Of a DNA stretch of 64,000 nt, positions 40,789 through 50,185 are shown piece after piece. Under the pieces are notes generated by a model. It did no database searches, was not told where the DNA came from, and worked only from the letters and a program-made list of their open reading frames with translations. Numbering within the stretch: the first letter of the stretch is position 1; each line of letters begins with the position of its first letter. The DNA lies in contig CAWIIB010000009.1 of assembly GCA_963836075.1 (NCBI GenBank), positions 960,001 to 1,024,000 on the forward strand, read 5' to 3'. The DNA comes from an uncultured Acidobacteriota bacterium. Lineage in GTDB: Bacteria > Acidobacteriota > JAQAZP01. Made by a program: the position numbers and the translations under genes.

Positions 40789-40858
40789 GGGACGTACATG
40801 AATATATGAATATTTGACTCTCTGGAAAATCAAATATTCATATATTCATGTACGTCCC
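40789..40858. mobile_element. 70-bp palindromic MITE/REPIN-like element, copy B
   Basis: The 29-bp arms are identical to copy A; the 12-nt spacer is CTCTCTGGAAAA versus TTCTCCAGGAAA. Confidence 0.85.
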
Positions 40859-41493
40859 TGCTTCTTGCCGAGAGCGATCACCAGGCCGGCGGTCAGCTCG
40901 CCCTGCCAGAGCACGTTGCCGCTGACGCCGAAAGTGCAGCCGCCCGGGTACCCGCCGCAGATCAGGGCGGAACCTGAAGCGAAGTAGGTGCCCAGCAACC
41001 GGCCCTCAAAGCGCACACCCACCCGCTCGGCAAACATCAACTTGACCCCGCCGCCCAGACCGAAGGAGAAACGGGTGGCCGAGCTCAGTCCGGCACCATC
41101 GGGATTGAAGTGGGTTGCGCCCAGCGTGCCCAGACCGTAGGGCACGATATTGTCGGTGTGGTCCCCGAAGGCCATCAGGCCGCCGATGTGGAAGTAGTCG
41201 ACTCCCAGGTCCAGGCGGCCCAGATCGGGGTTGGTGGTGTTCAGCTCGCTGTCCTGGTGGCTCCAGCGAAAGACGATCCAGGTTTCGTCATAGGGGTCCA
41301 GTTCGATATCGACGCCCAGGCCATAGGTCGGGGCGTCCTTCAGGTCGTATCGGTCACCATAGTAATAGTCCACCACCTCACCGCCGAAATGGTAGCCGTA
41401 GAATGGCAAGAGTTCCACCATGCCGGCCGTGGCAGGAGACGCTATTGCCATGGTTGCCAGCACCAGCAGGGCGCCGGTAGTGATTCGTGACAT
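40846..41493 (-). CDS. Outer-membrane beta-barrel protein
   Basis: Signal peptide, ELLPFYGYHFGG, GGGVKLMFAERVGVRFEGR; the stop codon lies inside element B. Confidence 0.82.
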   Translation of the reverse strand: MSRITTGALLVLATMAIASPATAGMVELLPFYGYHFGGEVVDYYYGDRYDLKDAPTYGLGVDIELDPYDETWIVFRWSHQDSELNTTNPDLGRLDLGVDYFHIGGLMAFGDHTDNIVPYGLGTLGATHFNPDGAGLSSATRFSFGLGGGVKLMFAERVGVRFEGRLLGTYFASGSALICGGYPGGCTFGVSGNVLWQGELTAGLVIALGKKQGRT

Positions 41494-41534
41494 GGGTCTT
41501 TCTTCCTTCCAAAATGGACCGGCCCCGTGCCAGG

Positions 41535-41996
41535 CTATTCCTGGGCTGCTTCCTCCGCGTCCGTGCTGCCGGCCTGCTGGTATTCATCCAGCAGCATCCG
41601 GACAACTTCCCTGTCCTCCTCGGACAGCGGGCCATAGGCCCGGCTGGATTTCCAGCCGTAGCCCCAGCGGTACCATGACGGGAAGTGGGGAGTCCCGCCC
41701 ATTCGAACGGCATCGTACATCATATCAGCCAGCCGTTCGTTGCCGGTCACACTGATCAGGCAGTCCCGGAAGGCCTGGTCCGCGGCCCACCGCTCGTCCT
41801 CCGTGCCGCCCTGCCAGTAGGCCATGTCGTGCTCCAGGCAGCAGCGGGACACGTTGGTCGTGTCAGCGAACGACGAGGTGGGGAAAAACTCGCAGCCGGC
41901 GTTGGTGAATGGCTCCAGGGGGATTTTCTTCGCGCATCCCGTGATGGTCAAGAGGCAAAACCAGACGATGATGAATGTACAAAGGAGTCTTTTCAT
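41535..41996 (-). CDS. Lipoprotein with phospholipase A2-like CCxxHDxxY motif
   Basis: Lipobox ITGC; GC...CCLEHDMAYW...ADQAFRDCL...MYDAVRMGG. Confidence 0.65.
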   Translation of the reverse strand: MKRLLCTFIIVWFCLLTITGCAKKIPLEPFTNAGCEFFPTSSFADTTNVSRCCLEHDMAYWQGGTEDERWAADQAFRDCLISVTGNERLADMMYDAVRMGGTPHFPSWYRWGYGWKSSRAYGPLSEEDREVVRMLLDEYQQAGSTDAEEAAQE

Positions 41997-43531
41997 CAGT
42001 TCTCCATCCCAGGAATGCCGGCATCGGCCGGTAGCGGTTCGTTCAGTTTCTTTTCCGCGTCTTCAATCTCCAGGAATCCCAGAAGGCGTGTCTCCAGATA
42101 ATCGAAGAACGGGTTGCAGCGCAGGCGCATCATGATGGTGGGCGACACCGCCAGCAGGTTCCGCTCGCCCCGCAATTCCACCCGTCCGAGGTGGATAACG
42201 TCCGGTGTTCGTTCGGTCTGGATCCCGTACACCGGGTCGTCCGGGGGGAAGGGCAGGGCCACGTGGGACAGGGAGTAGGTTCCCTGGGGCCATTCCAGGT
42301 CGAGCGATTCCAGGTCGGTTTCCCGGCTGTTCGTTCCTCTTGAAAGAGCCGCCAGCTTCGGGGATCTTCTGTCGCGGTTGGTGACCAGGGTGACCGCAAA
42401 AGGCCAGGACTCCTCCTCAATCAGCCGGTCGATCTGGTCCTGGAAGTCGTTGTTCAGCAAGGCCTCTGCCTCGGCCTGCCGGTTGATGTCGAAGAGCACC
42501 AGCTGGTGGCCGTTGGGCGCCAGGTGCCGCATGAACCGCTCCACCACCGCCGGTGTGGAGACCGTGGCGTCGGCGATCGATTGAAAGGCCAGCACCGGCG
42601 GGAAGCCAGTCACACCGTGGCCCTTGTTGAGGGCGCCGATCATCGAGTCGTTCTGCCGGGTCAGGCGGCTGATCTGGTCCCCGGCGTTCACCGCGAATGA
42701 GTTGTACTTATAGGGATCATACTCCGGGTGGATCGAGTTCCAGGTCAGCTTCCCCAGGCCGGGCAGGGCGGAGAGCCGGCGCTGCCACTTGGCCAGTGCG
42801 GCCACCGGGGAGACCCCCACGGCAGGGGAGACCAGCACCAGGGCATCGGGAAGCGGCAACTCCTCGCCGCTGAGGACCGAGAGCGTGTAGTTGATGGCCA
42901 GGGTGGCGCCGTTGGAGTAGCCGGCGACGTAAAACGGGATCCCGTCACCCAGGGAGGAATGCACCTCGCGGGCGGCCAGCCGCACCGCGGCAGCGAAATC
43001 ATCCACGGTGGCGTGGGCCAGGCCGGAGGGCGCCGTGCCGTGGCCCGGCAACCGCAGACCGACCACGAGGAAGCCCTGATCGTTGAGAAGCTGGGCCATG
43101 GCCCGCAGGCTGTAGGGAGAATCGGAGAGCCCGTGGAGCATCAGGATCCCGGCCCTGGGATTGTCGTGATCGAGCACGTAGGTCCGGTTCCAGTTCACCG
43201 GGTAGGCGGTGGGATCGGAGATGCTCCCCTTGTAGAAGCGGTTGAAGGTGCGCCGGTCCTCGGGTTCGATCCGGCCATAGACCTCCTCCTGCAGCTCCTG
43301 GAACAGCCGCTCCTCCAGGTCGAGATAGGCATCGAGGCTCGCCACCTGCCCGGCATCAGCGGCGGTGAAGTCGCCATCCAGTTCCACGTTGTGCCACGGT
43401 TTGAGATCCGGGCCCGAGGCGGCGCTCTTCAGATAGACCACCACCAGGGCGATGATCACCCCCAGCAGGCCGTAGCCAAGGGCCAGCAGGATGTGCTTGA
43501 GAATCCTGGTCGTCTTGGTCTGTTTTGTCAT
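41996..43531 (-). CDS. Membrane-anchored alpha/beta hydrolase
   Basis: LHGLSDSP, RLPGHG, GYSNG nucleophile elbow, ADATVS and SLSHV. Confidence 0.85.
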   Translation of the reverse strand: MTKQTKTTRILKHILLALGYGLLGVIIALVVVYLKSAASGPDLKPWHNVELDGDFTAADAGQVASLDAYLDLEERLFQELQEEVYGRIEPEDRRTFNRFYKGSISDPTAYPVNWNRTYVLDHDNPRAGILMLHGLSDSPYSLRAMAQLLNDQGFLVVGLRLPGHGTAPSGLAHATVDDFAAAVRLAAREVHSSLGDGIPFYVAGYSNGATLAINYTLSVLSGEELPLPDALVLVSPAVGVSPVAALAKWQRRLSALPGLGKLTWNSIHPEYDPYKYNSFAVNAGDQISRLTRQNDSMIGALNKGHGVTGFPPVLAFQSIADATVSTPAVVERFMRHLAPNGHQLVLFDINRQAEAEALLNNDFQDQIDRLIEEESWPFAVTLVTNRDRRSPKLAALSRGTNSRETDLESLDLEWPQGTYSLSHVALPFPPDDPVYGIQTERTPDVIHLGRVELRGERNLLAVSPTIMMRLRCNPFFDYLETRLLGFLEIEDAEKKLNEPLPADAGIPGMEN

Positions 43532-43683
43532 CCGGTTCTCCTGCAACGATTGGATAATCATACATCGAAAGAAAAACTGGTGACAGTTACCTGTTGTGGC
43601 TCCTGAAAAATCCATCCGACGCACTGGAGGTGCCGAAGGGATGGACCGAGAGACGATCCGGAGTGAGAGGAGGGACAGGTTCA

Positions 43684-44136
43684 CTATTTGAGGTAGCGGT
43701 CTCGAACCTGGCGGAGAACACGGGCGTCCTCCTGATGACGGGGATGATCGATGGCGCTCTTTATCTCGATCAGAGAGTCAATATCGATCCAGTTCGCTGC
43801 GGCACGGCCGTAGGCGGCTTCAATACGGCTGTCCCAGGCCCTGGCAAACGGAAAACCCCCCAGGTCCAGAAGAATATCGATACGGTTGGGAGCCACCCCG
43901 ATCTGCAGGATCTCTTCAGGCTGATCGGCAGTGATCAGGGCCGGGCTGCCGAATTCACCGAGTGCCGTATTGGCCAGAGCCACGTTCTCGGGCTGGGGGT
44001 CGATCCAGAGGTCGATATCCTTGGTGTATCGCGGTTTGGCATGATAGATGAAAGCGAGCCCGCCAACGATGAGATAGCGGACACCATGTGTCGACAGAAG
44101 GTCCAACAGGTCCTCGAAATCCTGAATCGCATCCAT
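43684..44136 (-). CDS. Nucleotidyltransferase-fold protein (DUF6036-like)
   Basis: YLIVGGLA...PRYTKDIDLWI, RIDIL and K...HPRHQED. Confidence 0.78.
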   Translation of the reverse strand: MDAIQDFEDLLDLLSTHGVRYLIVGGLAFIYHAKPRYTKDIDLWIDPQPENVALANTALGEFGSPALITADQPEEILQIGVAPNRIDILLDLGGFPFARAWDSRIEAAYGRAAANWIDIDSLIEIKSAIDHPRHQEDARVLRQVRDRYLK

Positions 44137-44159
44137 GTCAGGAACCGTCCGTTTTTCCC

Positions 44160-44351
44160 TCAGGTACCGGTTGCACGCGCTTGCATGACCAATTCCACGT
44201 CCCGGTGCAGAGCCACCAGGGCCGACAACCGTTCTTCGGGGGTTCTCTGCTGCCAGAATTCGAGGTCCCAGGCCTCCGCCTCTTCAAAATCCTTCGCCCG
44301 GTGAACAACCATTTTCGCCCGGCGCCGTCGGCTCCTCTCCTGCAGTGTCAT
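44160..44351 (-). CDS. Small protein paired with the nucleotidyltransferase (putative antitoxin-like partner)
   Basis: About 63 aa with DLEFWQQRTPEERL; directly upstream and co-oriented. Confidence 0.6.
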   Translation of the reverse strand: MTLQERSRRRRAKMVVHRAKDFEEAEAWDLEFWQQRTPEERLSALVALHRDVELVMQARATGT

Positions 44352-44794
44352 ATCGGCGGCACTCCCCAACCGGCCTGCTTCAGGTTGCTTGATTCCGGAT
44401 CGCCAACATCGTTATTATGGCCCATATGTCTTTCATTGTCAACCATTTCGCTGTTCAGCGTTTCATCGATCACGAAGCAGAGAAACTCCCGCTGCCGCGG
44501 TGTGGCCAGGAATTCGGGGCTGTCGAGAATCCGGCCCGGCTGGAGCCGTACGGCCCGTCGTCATCCACGGGCGCCCGGCCATGGGAAGAGGAGGGGAGCT
44601 GATCCGCGTTTCTTTTCATTCAACGGATTGTACCCTCTGTTCGAATGTATCCTATTCCAATATAGGTTGACTAGAGTAATCGACGATATCAGAATACGGA
44701 CAAGCGTCGAAATTACGGCGATCGCTCCCACAACCAGCGAACGGAATTTCAACCCAGCATGCGGAGACCCGCATCGATTGAGGGGGACTCCATC

Positions 44795-45874
44795 ATGAAA
44801 TCGACAGCAAGCAACGTAATCACCATTTCCCGTAAGGTCATTGCCGTCCTGGCCGGGTGGATGCTTCTCATCGGACTGGGCGCGGGGGTATGCGCTGCGG
44901 CGGGCGCCGCGGCCGACGGACCGGCAGACCGTGAGCGGGTGACGGTGGCCAACTTCGTGCGGGCCGAATCGGATCACATGATCTGTGCCAACATGGAATC
45001 CTTCGGCGTGGGCTTCGGCGAGTTTGTGCATCTTCGCGAGCCCACAACGCCGGACGCCCAGCCGGTGATCCGCATGAACCAGGACACGCTCTACTCCGGG
45101 ACGGTGCTGGATGTGTCCAAGCCGGTGAAGATCACGCTGCCTGAGGTCGGCGGCCGCTACATGTCGATGCACGTGGTCAACCAGGATCACTACTGTTTCG
45201 TCGAAGCGCAGCCGGGAACCTACGAGCTGACCGAGGACACGGTGGGCACGCGCTTCGCGCTCGTGACCATCCGAACCTTTTACAATGCCGGTGATCCTGA
45301 TGACCTGGCCAGGGCCCACGCCGCCCAGGACAAGATCGAGATCGGCGGCGGGGGCGACGGCCCCTTCGAGACGCCGAACTGGGACACGGATCAACTTGCG
45401 GTGGCGCGCCAGGCCCTCAGCGACCTGGGGGCCCTCGGCTTTGACACTGCGTACGCCTTCGGCCGCAAGGACGAGGTCCGGCCCATCGACCATCTCGTCG
45501 GATCGGGTGCCGGCTGGGGCGGGCTGCCGAGCACGGCCGCCTTCTACATCATGGACAGCGTCGAAGGCAACGACGGCAAGACGCGATACACGGTGACGGT
45601 GAAAGACGTGCCGGTGGACGCCTTCTGGTCCGTCACGGTCTACAACGCCGAGGGGTATCTCGAAGCCAACGACCTCGGCCGCAACAGCTTCAACAATTCC
45701 TCCGCCACACCGAACGAGGACGGCTCGTACACGATCCGTTTCGGCGGTGATCCCGAGAGCGTGAACTACCTGCCGATCACCGAAGGCTGGAACTACGCCA
45801 TCCGCCTCTATCAACCGCGCGCCGAAATCCTCGACGGTTCGTGGAGCTTCCCGGAACCCCGGCCGGTCGACTGA
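44795..45874 (+). CDS. DUF1254/DUF1214-domain exported protein
   Basis: IRMNQDTLYS, PVDAFWSVTVY and WNYAIRLYQP. Confidence 0.85.
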   Translation: MKSTASNVITISRKVIAVLAGWMLLIGLGAGVCAAAGAAADGPADRERVTVANFVRAESDHMICANMESFGVGFGEFVHLREPTTPDAQPVIRMNQDTLYSGTVLDVSKPVKITLPEVGGRYMSMHVVNQDHYCFVEAQPGTYELTEDTVGTRFALVTIRTFYNAGDPDDLARAHAAQDKIEIGGGGDGPFETPNWDTDQLAVARQALSDLGALGFDTAYAFGRKDEVRPIDHLVGSGAGWGGLPSTAAFYIMDSVEGNDGKTRYTVTVKDVPVDAFWSVTVYNAEGYLEANDLGRNSFNNSSATPNEDGSYTIRFGGDPESVNYLPITEGWNYAIRLYQPRAEILDGSWSFPEPRPVD

Positions 45875-45941
45875 CGCGGCCCGCGAGGGCACGGCCTGAC
45901 CAACGCCGTTGGCCCGGCTCGAAGTAACCGTAATCACGAGG

Positions 45942-46226
45942 ATGGTGTATGCCATGCAGGTCATCCAGAAAAGCCCTTTTGCAGTGATGGATCGCTTTCC
46001 CGAGCACGTGGAAACGATCAGGCAGCGCTTCAAGGAGGACGAGACCTTCCGCATTCTCTGCGAAGACTACCGCAGGTCCTGCGAGGCCCTCTCCTTCTGG
46101 ACCAGCCGCTCCGGGGAAGGGGCTGCCGTCACGGAGGCGGAGGAGCGCCGCGTGGAATATGCCGAGCTGAAACTGGACCTGGAAGCCGAGATCCTGCAGA
46201 GGCTCGGCGGAGGAGGAACGCAATGA
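45942..46226 (+). CDS. Small hypothetical helical protein
   Basis: DRFPEH...DETFRILCEDY...YAELKLDLEAEI; ATGA overlap with the next gene. Confidence 0.6.
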   Translation: MVYAMQVIQKSPFAVMDRFPEHVETIRQRFKEDETFRILCEDYRRSCEALSFWTSRSGEGAAVTEAEERRVEYAELKLDLEAEILQRLGGGGTQ

Positions 46227-47653
46227 GAAAATTATTCATCCTGTTCATCACGATTGCGGTGGTCGCGTCCTGGTCCTGCGGGCCGGTGGAGGAGAGCGGA
46301 CCCACCGCCGACGATACACAGGCCATCGCGAAGGAGGCCTATCTCTACGGCTTCCCCATGGTCATGAACTACAAGACCATGTACCAGTACACTGTTGACA
46401 CGGCGAATCCGGAATACAAAGGGCCGCTCAACGTGGTTTCCTGCGAGGCGAGGTTGTTCACGCCGGACGACAAGGCGGTGGTGACACCCAACGCGGACAC
46501 GCCCTACTGCATGTTCTGGATGGACCTGCGGGCCGAGCCGCTCATCCTGTCCGTGCCCGGGATGGACGAGGAGCGCTACTACAGCTTCCAGCTCGTCGAC
46601 CTCTACACGCACAATTTCGCCTATGTCGGCACGCTGACCACCGGCAACGGGGCCGGGCACTACCTGCTGGCCGGGCCGGGCTGGGACGGGGAGGCCCCGG
46701 AGGGCATCACCGACGTCCTCCGCTCCGAAACCAACTTCATCTTCAACGTCACCCGCACGCAGCTCTTCGGCCCGGATGACCTGGATGCGGTCGAGGCGAT
46801 CCAGGCGCAGTACCAGTTGCAGCCGCTGAGCACCTTTCTCGGCGAGGAGCCCCCGGCCGCTCCACCCCTGCCCGACTTCCCGGAATGGGACGAGGGCTCG
46901 CAGTTCGACGAGCGGTCCTTCAGCTACCTGGACTTCATAATGGACCTGCTCGAGAAACCGGGGCCGGGTGAGGACGCGCTCTGGCAGGACCTCGCACGTC
47001 TCGGCATCGGCCCCGGCAAGACCTTCCGCCTGGATGCGCTCCCCGACGAACAGGTGGCGGCGTTGAAGGCCGGGGTGGAGGAGGGGTTTGCCGACATGGA
47101 GGCCTTCATCGCCAGGATCGCAAGCGACCCTCTGGGGAGCGGCAAGATCTTCGGCACCCGGGCCTTCCTCGACGAGAGCGCCGGGAAGAACTACGGGCTG
47201 GACAGGCCGGACATGCTCCGCTCCGTGGCCGCGCACATGGGACTCTACGGCAATTCGGCGGCGGAAGCGGCCTATCCGACGTATCTTTCCGATGCCGACG
47301 GCGAGCCGCTGAACGGGGCTGAGCACAGCTACACGATGACCTTCCCCCAGGGTAGTCTCCCGCCGGTCAAGGCCTTCTGGTCGCTCACCATGTATGACGG
47401 GAAGACCCAGCTCTTCATCCACAACCCCCTCGACCGTTACCTGCTCAACTCGCAGATGATGGACCGTTTCACGCTGGAGGAGGACGGCTCCCTGGTGTTC
47501 TACATTGCCAAGGACTCGCCCGGCGAAGCGCTGGAGGACAACTGGCTGCCCGCCCCGGACGGGCCGTTCTACATGGTCCTGCGGCTCTACGGTCCCGAGC
47601 CCGAGGCGCTGGAAGGGATTTGGACGCCGCCCGAGGTTCAAAAACAGAGGTGA
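46223..47653 (+). CDS. DUF1254/DUF1214-domain lipoprotein
   Basis: Lipobox-like SWSC, AYLYGFPMV, VVTPNADTPY, PPVKAFWSLTMYD and NWLPAPDGPF..LRLYGP. Confidence 0.88.
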   Translation: MRKLFILFITIAVVASWSCGPVEESGPTADDTQAIAKEAYLYGFPMVMNYKTMYQYTVDTANPEYKGPLNVVSCEARLFTPDDKAVVTPNADTPYCMFWMDLRAEPLILSVPGMDEERYYSFQLVDLYTHNFAYVGTLTTGNGAGHYLLAGPGWDGEAPEGITDVLRSETNFIFNVTRTQLFGPDDLDAVEAIQAQYQLQPLSTFLGEEPPAAPPLPDFPEWDEGSQFDERSFSYLDFIMDLLEKPGPGEDALWQDLARLGIGPGKTFRLDALPDEQVAALKAGVEEGFADMEAFIARIASDPLGSGKIFGTRAFLDESAGKNYGLDRPDMLRSVAAHMGLYGNSAAEAAYPTYLSDADGEPLNGAEHSYTMTFPQGSLPPVKAFWSLTMYDGKTQLFIHNPLDRYLLNSQMMDRFTLEEDGSLVFYIAKDSPGEALEDNWLPAPDGPFYMVLRLYGPEPEALEGIWTPPEVQKQR

Positions 47654-47806
47654 GGAGGTCACAGCCAAGCACTCGTCATCGTAATTGATGCCGGTCGCAT
47701 TGTGCGCTCTTCGCCGGGATTGCCCACTTTGACCTCAACCGGACAGAAGGGATACCATATTCTGAGGACGAACGATCCGGATCGTCACGAACACGGCGGC
47801 GGGGAT

Positions 47807-48733
47807 ATGCTTGACCGACGGCCAGAGGACGGACTCAGAATTCTTCTTGTGTGCGCGCTGTGCAGCCTGTGGGCGGCAGGCGTTGCCGCCCAGGAGCTGT
47901 CGCCCCGCTCCTTCTGGCCCACCCCCAAAGGGACCAAGATCCTGGTGACCGGATACTCGTACTCTTTCGGGGACGTGTTGATGGACCCGTCGCTTCCGGT
48001 CTACGGCGTGGATTCCAGGATCAACTCGGCGGTTCTCGCCTACCTGCAGACCTTCAGCCTCTGGGGGCGGACGGCGAACATCATCGCGGAGCAGCCCTAT
48101 TCGTGGGGAACAACCGAAGGAATTGTGTACGGTGAGCCGGCAAGCAGGTTCCTGTCCGGTCTAGCCGATTTCGGCATCACACTGTCGGTCAACCTGCTCG
48201 GCGCGCCGACCATGACCCGGGAGGAATTCCAGGCGTTTCGTGCCAGCCCGCGTCCGGTTCTGGGAGCGAGCCTCAAGGTCGTGGCCCCCACCGGGCGCTA
48301 CGAAGACGACAAACTGCTCAACGTCGGGACCAATCGCTGGTCCTTCAAACCGGAAGTTGGCTACCTGATTCCCTTCAAGCGCTCATGGGTGCTGGAGCTG
48401 GAGGCGGGCGCCTGGTTCTTCACCAGCGACGACGACTTCCTGACGGGAGAAAGGGAGCAGCACCCCATTTTCTCCGCGGAGGCTCACCTGGTGAAGCGGA
48501 TCCGTCCCGGACTGTGGGCCTCGCTGGAGGCCAACTATTTCGCGGGAGGACGGCAGGTCATCGGTGGAGTTCCATATGACGACCTGCAACGGAACTCGAG
48601 GATCGGCGGGACGGTGGGCATTCCGTTTGCCGGTCGCCACGCGATCAAGATCGGCTACAGCAGAGGCGTGCTCACCGACAATGGGAACGACTTCGACCAG
48701 TTCCTGGTGAGCCACATCGTGGCATTCAGGTAG
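47807..48733 (+). CDS. Outer-membrane transporter-like protein (Phenol_MetA_deg type)
   Basis: AQELSPRS, APTGRYEDDKLLNVGTNRWSFKPEVG. Confidence 0.78.
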   Translation: MLDRRPEDGLRILLVCALCSLWAAGVAAQELSPRSFWPTPKGTKILVTGYSYSFGDVLMDPSLPVYGVDSRINSAVLAYLQTFSLWGRTANIIAEQPYSWGTTEGIVYGEPASRFLSGLADFGITLSVNLLGAPTMTREEFQAFRASPRPVLGASLKVVAPTGRYEDDKLLNVGTNRWSFKPEVGYLIPFKRSWVLELEAGAWFFTSDDDFLTGEREQHPIFSAEAHLVKRIRPGLWASLEANYFAGGRQVIGGVPYDDLQRNSRIGGTVGIPFAGRHAIKIGYSRGVLTDNGNDFDQFLVSHIVAFR

Positions 48734-48818
48734 TTGCGCACTGTGCAAGGTTCCTTTGCCCTGGCCATGGACCAGCTCAATCTGCTGCTTCCGGTATTCG
48801 TGATAAACTGAGTCCACC

Positions 48819-50015
48819 ATGTTCATAGAAATCGGCCCAAGCCGGGTGGTGGTGGTCAGCATCCTGACCCTGACACTGGGCTACGTGATCACCCGCTATG
48901 CGGGCATTCTTCGCCGGTTCTCCATCCCCATTGCGGTGACCGGCGGGGTGGTGGTGGCCGTCCTGCTGGCCGTGCTTAATGCCGCGGCGGGTTTGGAGAT
49001 CGACTGGGACCTCGGGCTGCGTGACGATCTTCTGCTGGTCTTTTTCGCCTCGGTGGGCCTGTCGGCGAAGATGAAGCAGCTGCGCAGCGGCGGCGGCCTC
49101 TTTGCCCGCCTGGCCCTGCTCACGGTGCTCTTTCTTGTGATCCAGAATGCCGCCGGCGCACTGGGGGCCCTGGTGGCGGGGCGGCACCCGTCGTACGGGC
49201 TGGTGGGCGGCAGCATCTCCCTCTCCGGCGGCCACGGTACGGCCATCACCTGGGGGGCCATCGCCGCGGAGTGGGGATACCCGCAAGCCCTGTCCCACGG
49301 CCTCGCCTTTGCCACCTTCGGCCTGATCGCCGGCGGCCTGCTGGGCGGGCCGGTCGGCAGCTGGATCATCCGCAGCAACAAGCTCAAGGGTCCAGCCGAG
49401 CCGCAGCAACAGGCTGTCGACCCGGACAGGGACCAGCAGCCCCGCGAGGTGCTGGTGTCGGGCCGTTCGGTGCTGGTGACGCTGTTCGTCTTTGCCGTCT
49501 GTGCCGGCTTCGGCGGGGAGGTCAACCGTTTGCTCGGGTCTGTCGGGCTGGTATTGCCCGGCTTTGTCACCGCCATGCTGGCCGGCGTGCTGCTGACCAA
49601 CCTGGTGGATATGCTGAACCTCTCCCTCTTCGAGGACGTGGTCAATCTGGCCGGTGACGTGAGCCTCAACCTCTTCCTGGTGATGAGCCTGATCAGCCTC
49701 GATCTCAAGGACCTGTCGGGCGCCGCGGTGCCCATCCTTGCCATCCTCGCCGTGCAGATCGTGGTGGCGGTGGTCTATGCCCGGTGGGTCATTTTCAAGG
49801 GGTGCGGCGGCGACTACGACGCCGCGGTCATCGCCTCGGGTTTTGTCGGCATCTGCCTCGGCGCCACACCGGTGGCGGTGGCCAACATGGGCGCGGTGAC
49901 CAACCGTTACGGGCCGTCCCTCCGGGCGATGCTCGTGCTGCCGATGGTCGGCGCCGGGATCCTGGATCTGGCCAACGCCTTCATCATCGAGGGTTACCTG
50001 CGGCTGCTGCTTTGA
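48819..50015 (+). CDS. gltS: Sodium/glutamate symporter
   Basis: FSIP..VTGG, FFASVGL, GSISLSGGHGT..WG, ATFGLIAGGLLGGP and LGATPVAVANM. Confidence 0.9.
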   Translation: MFIEIGPSRVVVVSILTLTLGYVITRYAGILRRFSIPIAVTGGVVVAVLLAVLNAAAGLEIDWDLGLRDDLLLVFFASVGLSAKMKQLRSGGGLFARLALLTVLFLVIQNAAGALGALVAGRHPSYGLVGGSISLSGGHGTAITWGAIAAEWGYPQALSHGLAFATFGLIAGGLLGGPVGSWIIRSNKLKGPAEPQQQAVDPDRDQQPREVLVSGRSVLVTLFVFAVCAGFGGEVNRLLGSVGLVLPGFVTAMLAGVLLTNLVDMLNLSLFEDVVNLAGDVSLNLFLVMSLISLDLKDLSGAAVPILAILAVQIVVAVVYARWVIFKGCGGDYDAAVIASGFVGICLGATPVAVANMGAVTNRYGPSLRAMLVLPMVGAGILDLANAFIIEGYLRLLL

Positions 50016-50185
50016 GGTCAGCGCTCAAGGTCCGGCTGCACCGGAACATTCACGGTCAATGCCGGGCGGATTGCCGGAGCCGGCCCGCCTATCCGCATTG
50101 CATCGCTTTCCCTGGACGGTATACCGTTCTTCTATAGCTCGATGCCCGTTCGAGTCGCGGGGCTTGTTCCCCGGAGGTATCGCCT

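Noticed and set aside
39359-40858. Integron attC cassettes or CRISPR repeats
   Set aside because: No RYYYAAC/GTTRRRY cores and no tyrosine integrase in the window; the arms are perfect and match the HUH element ends instead.
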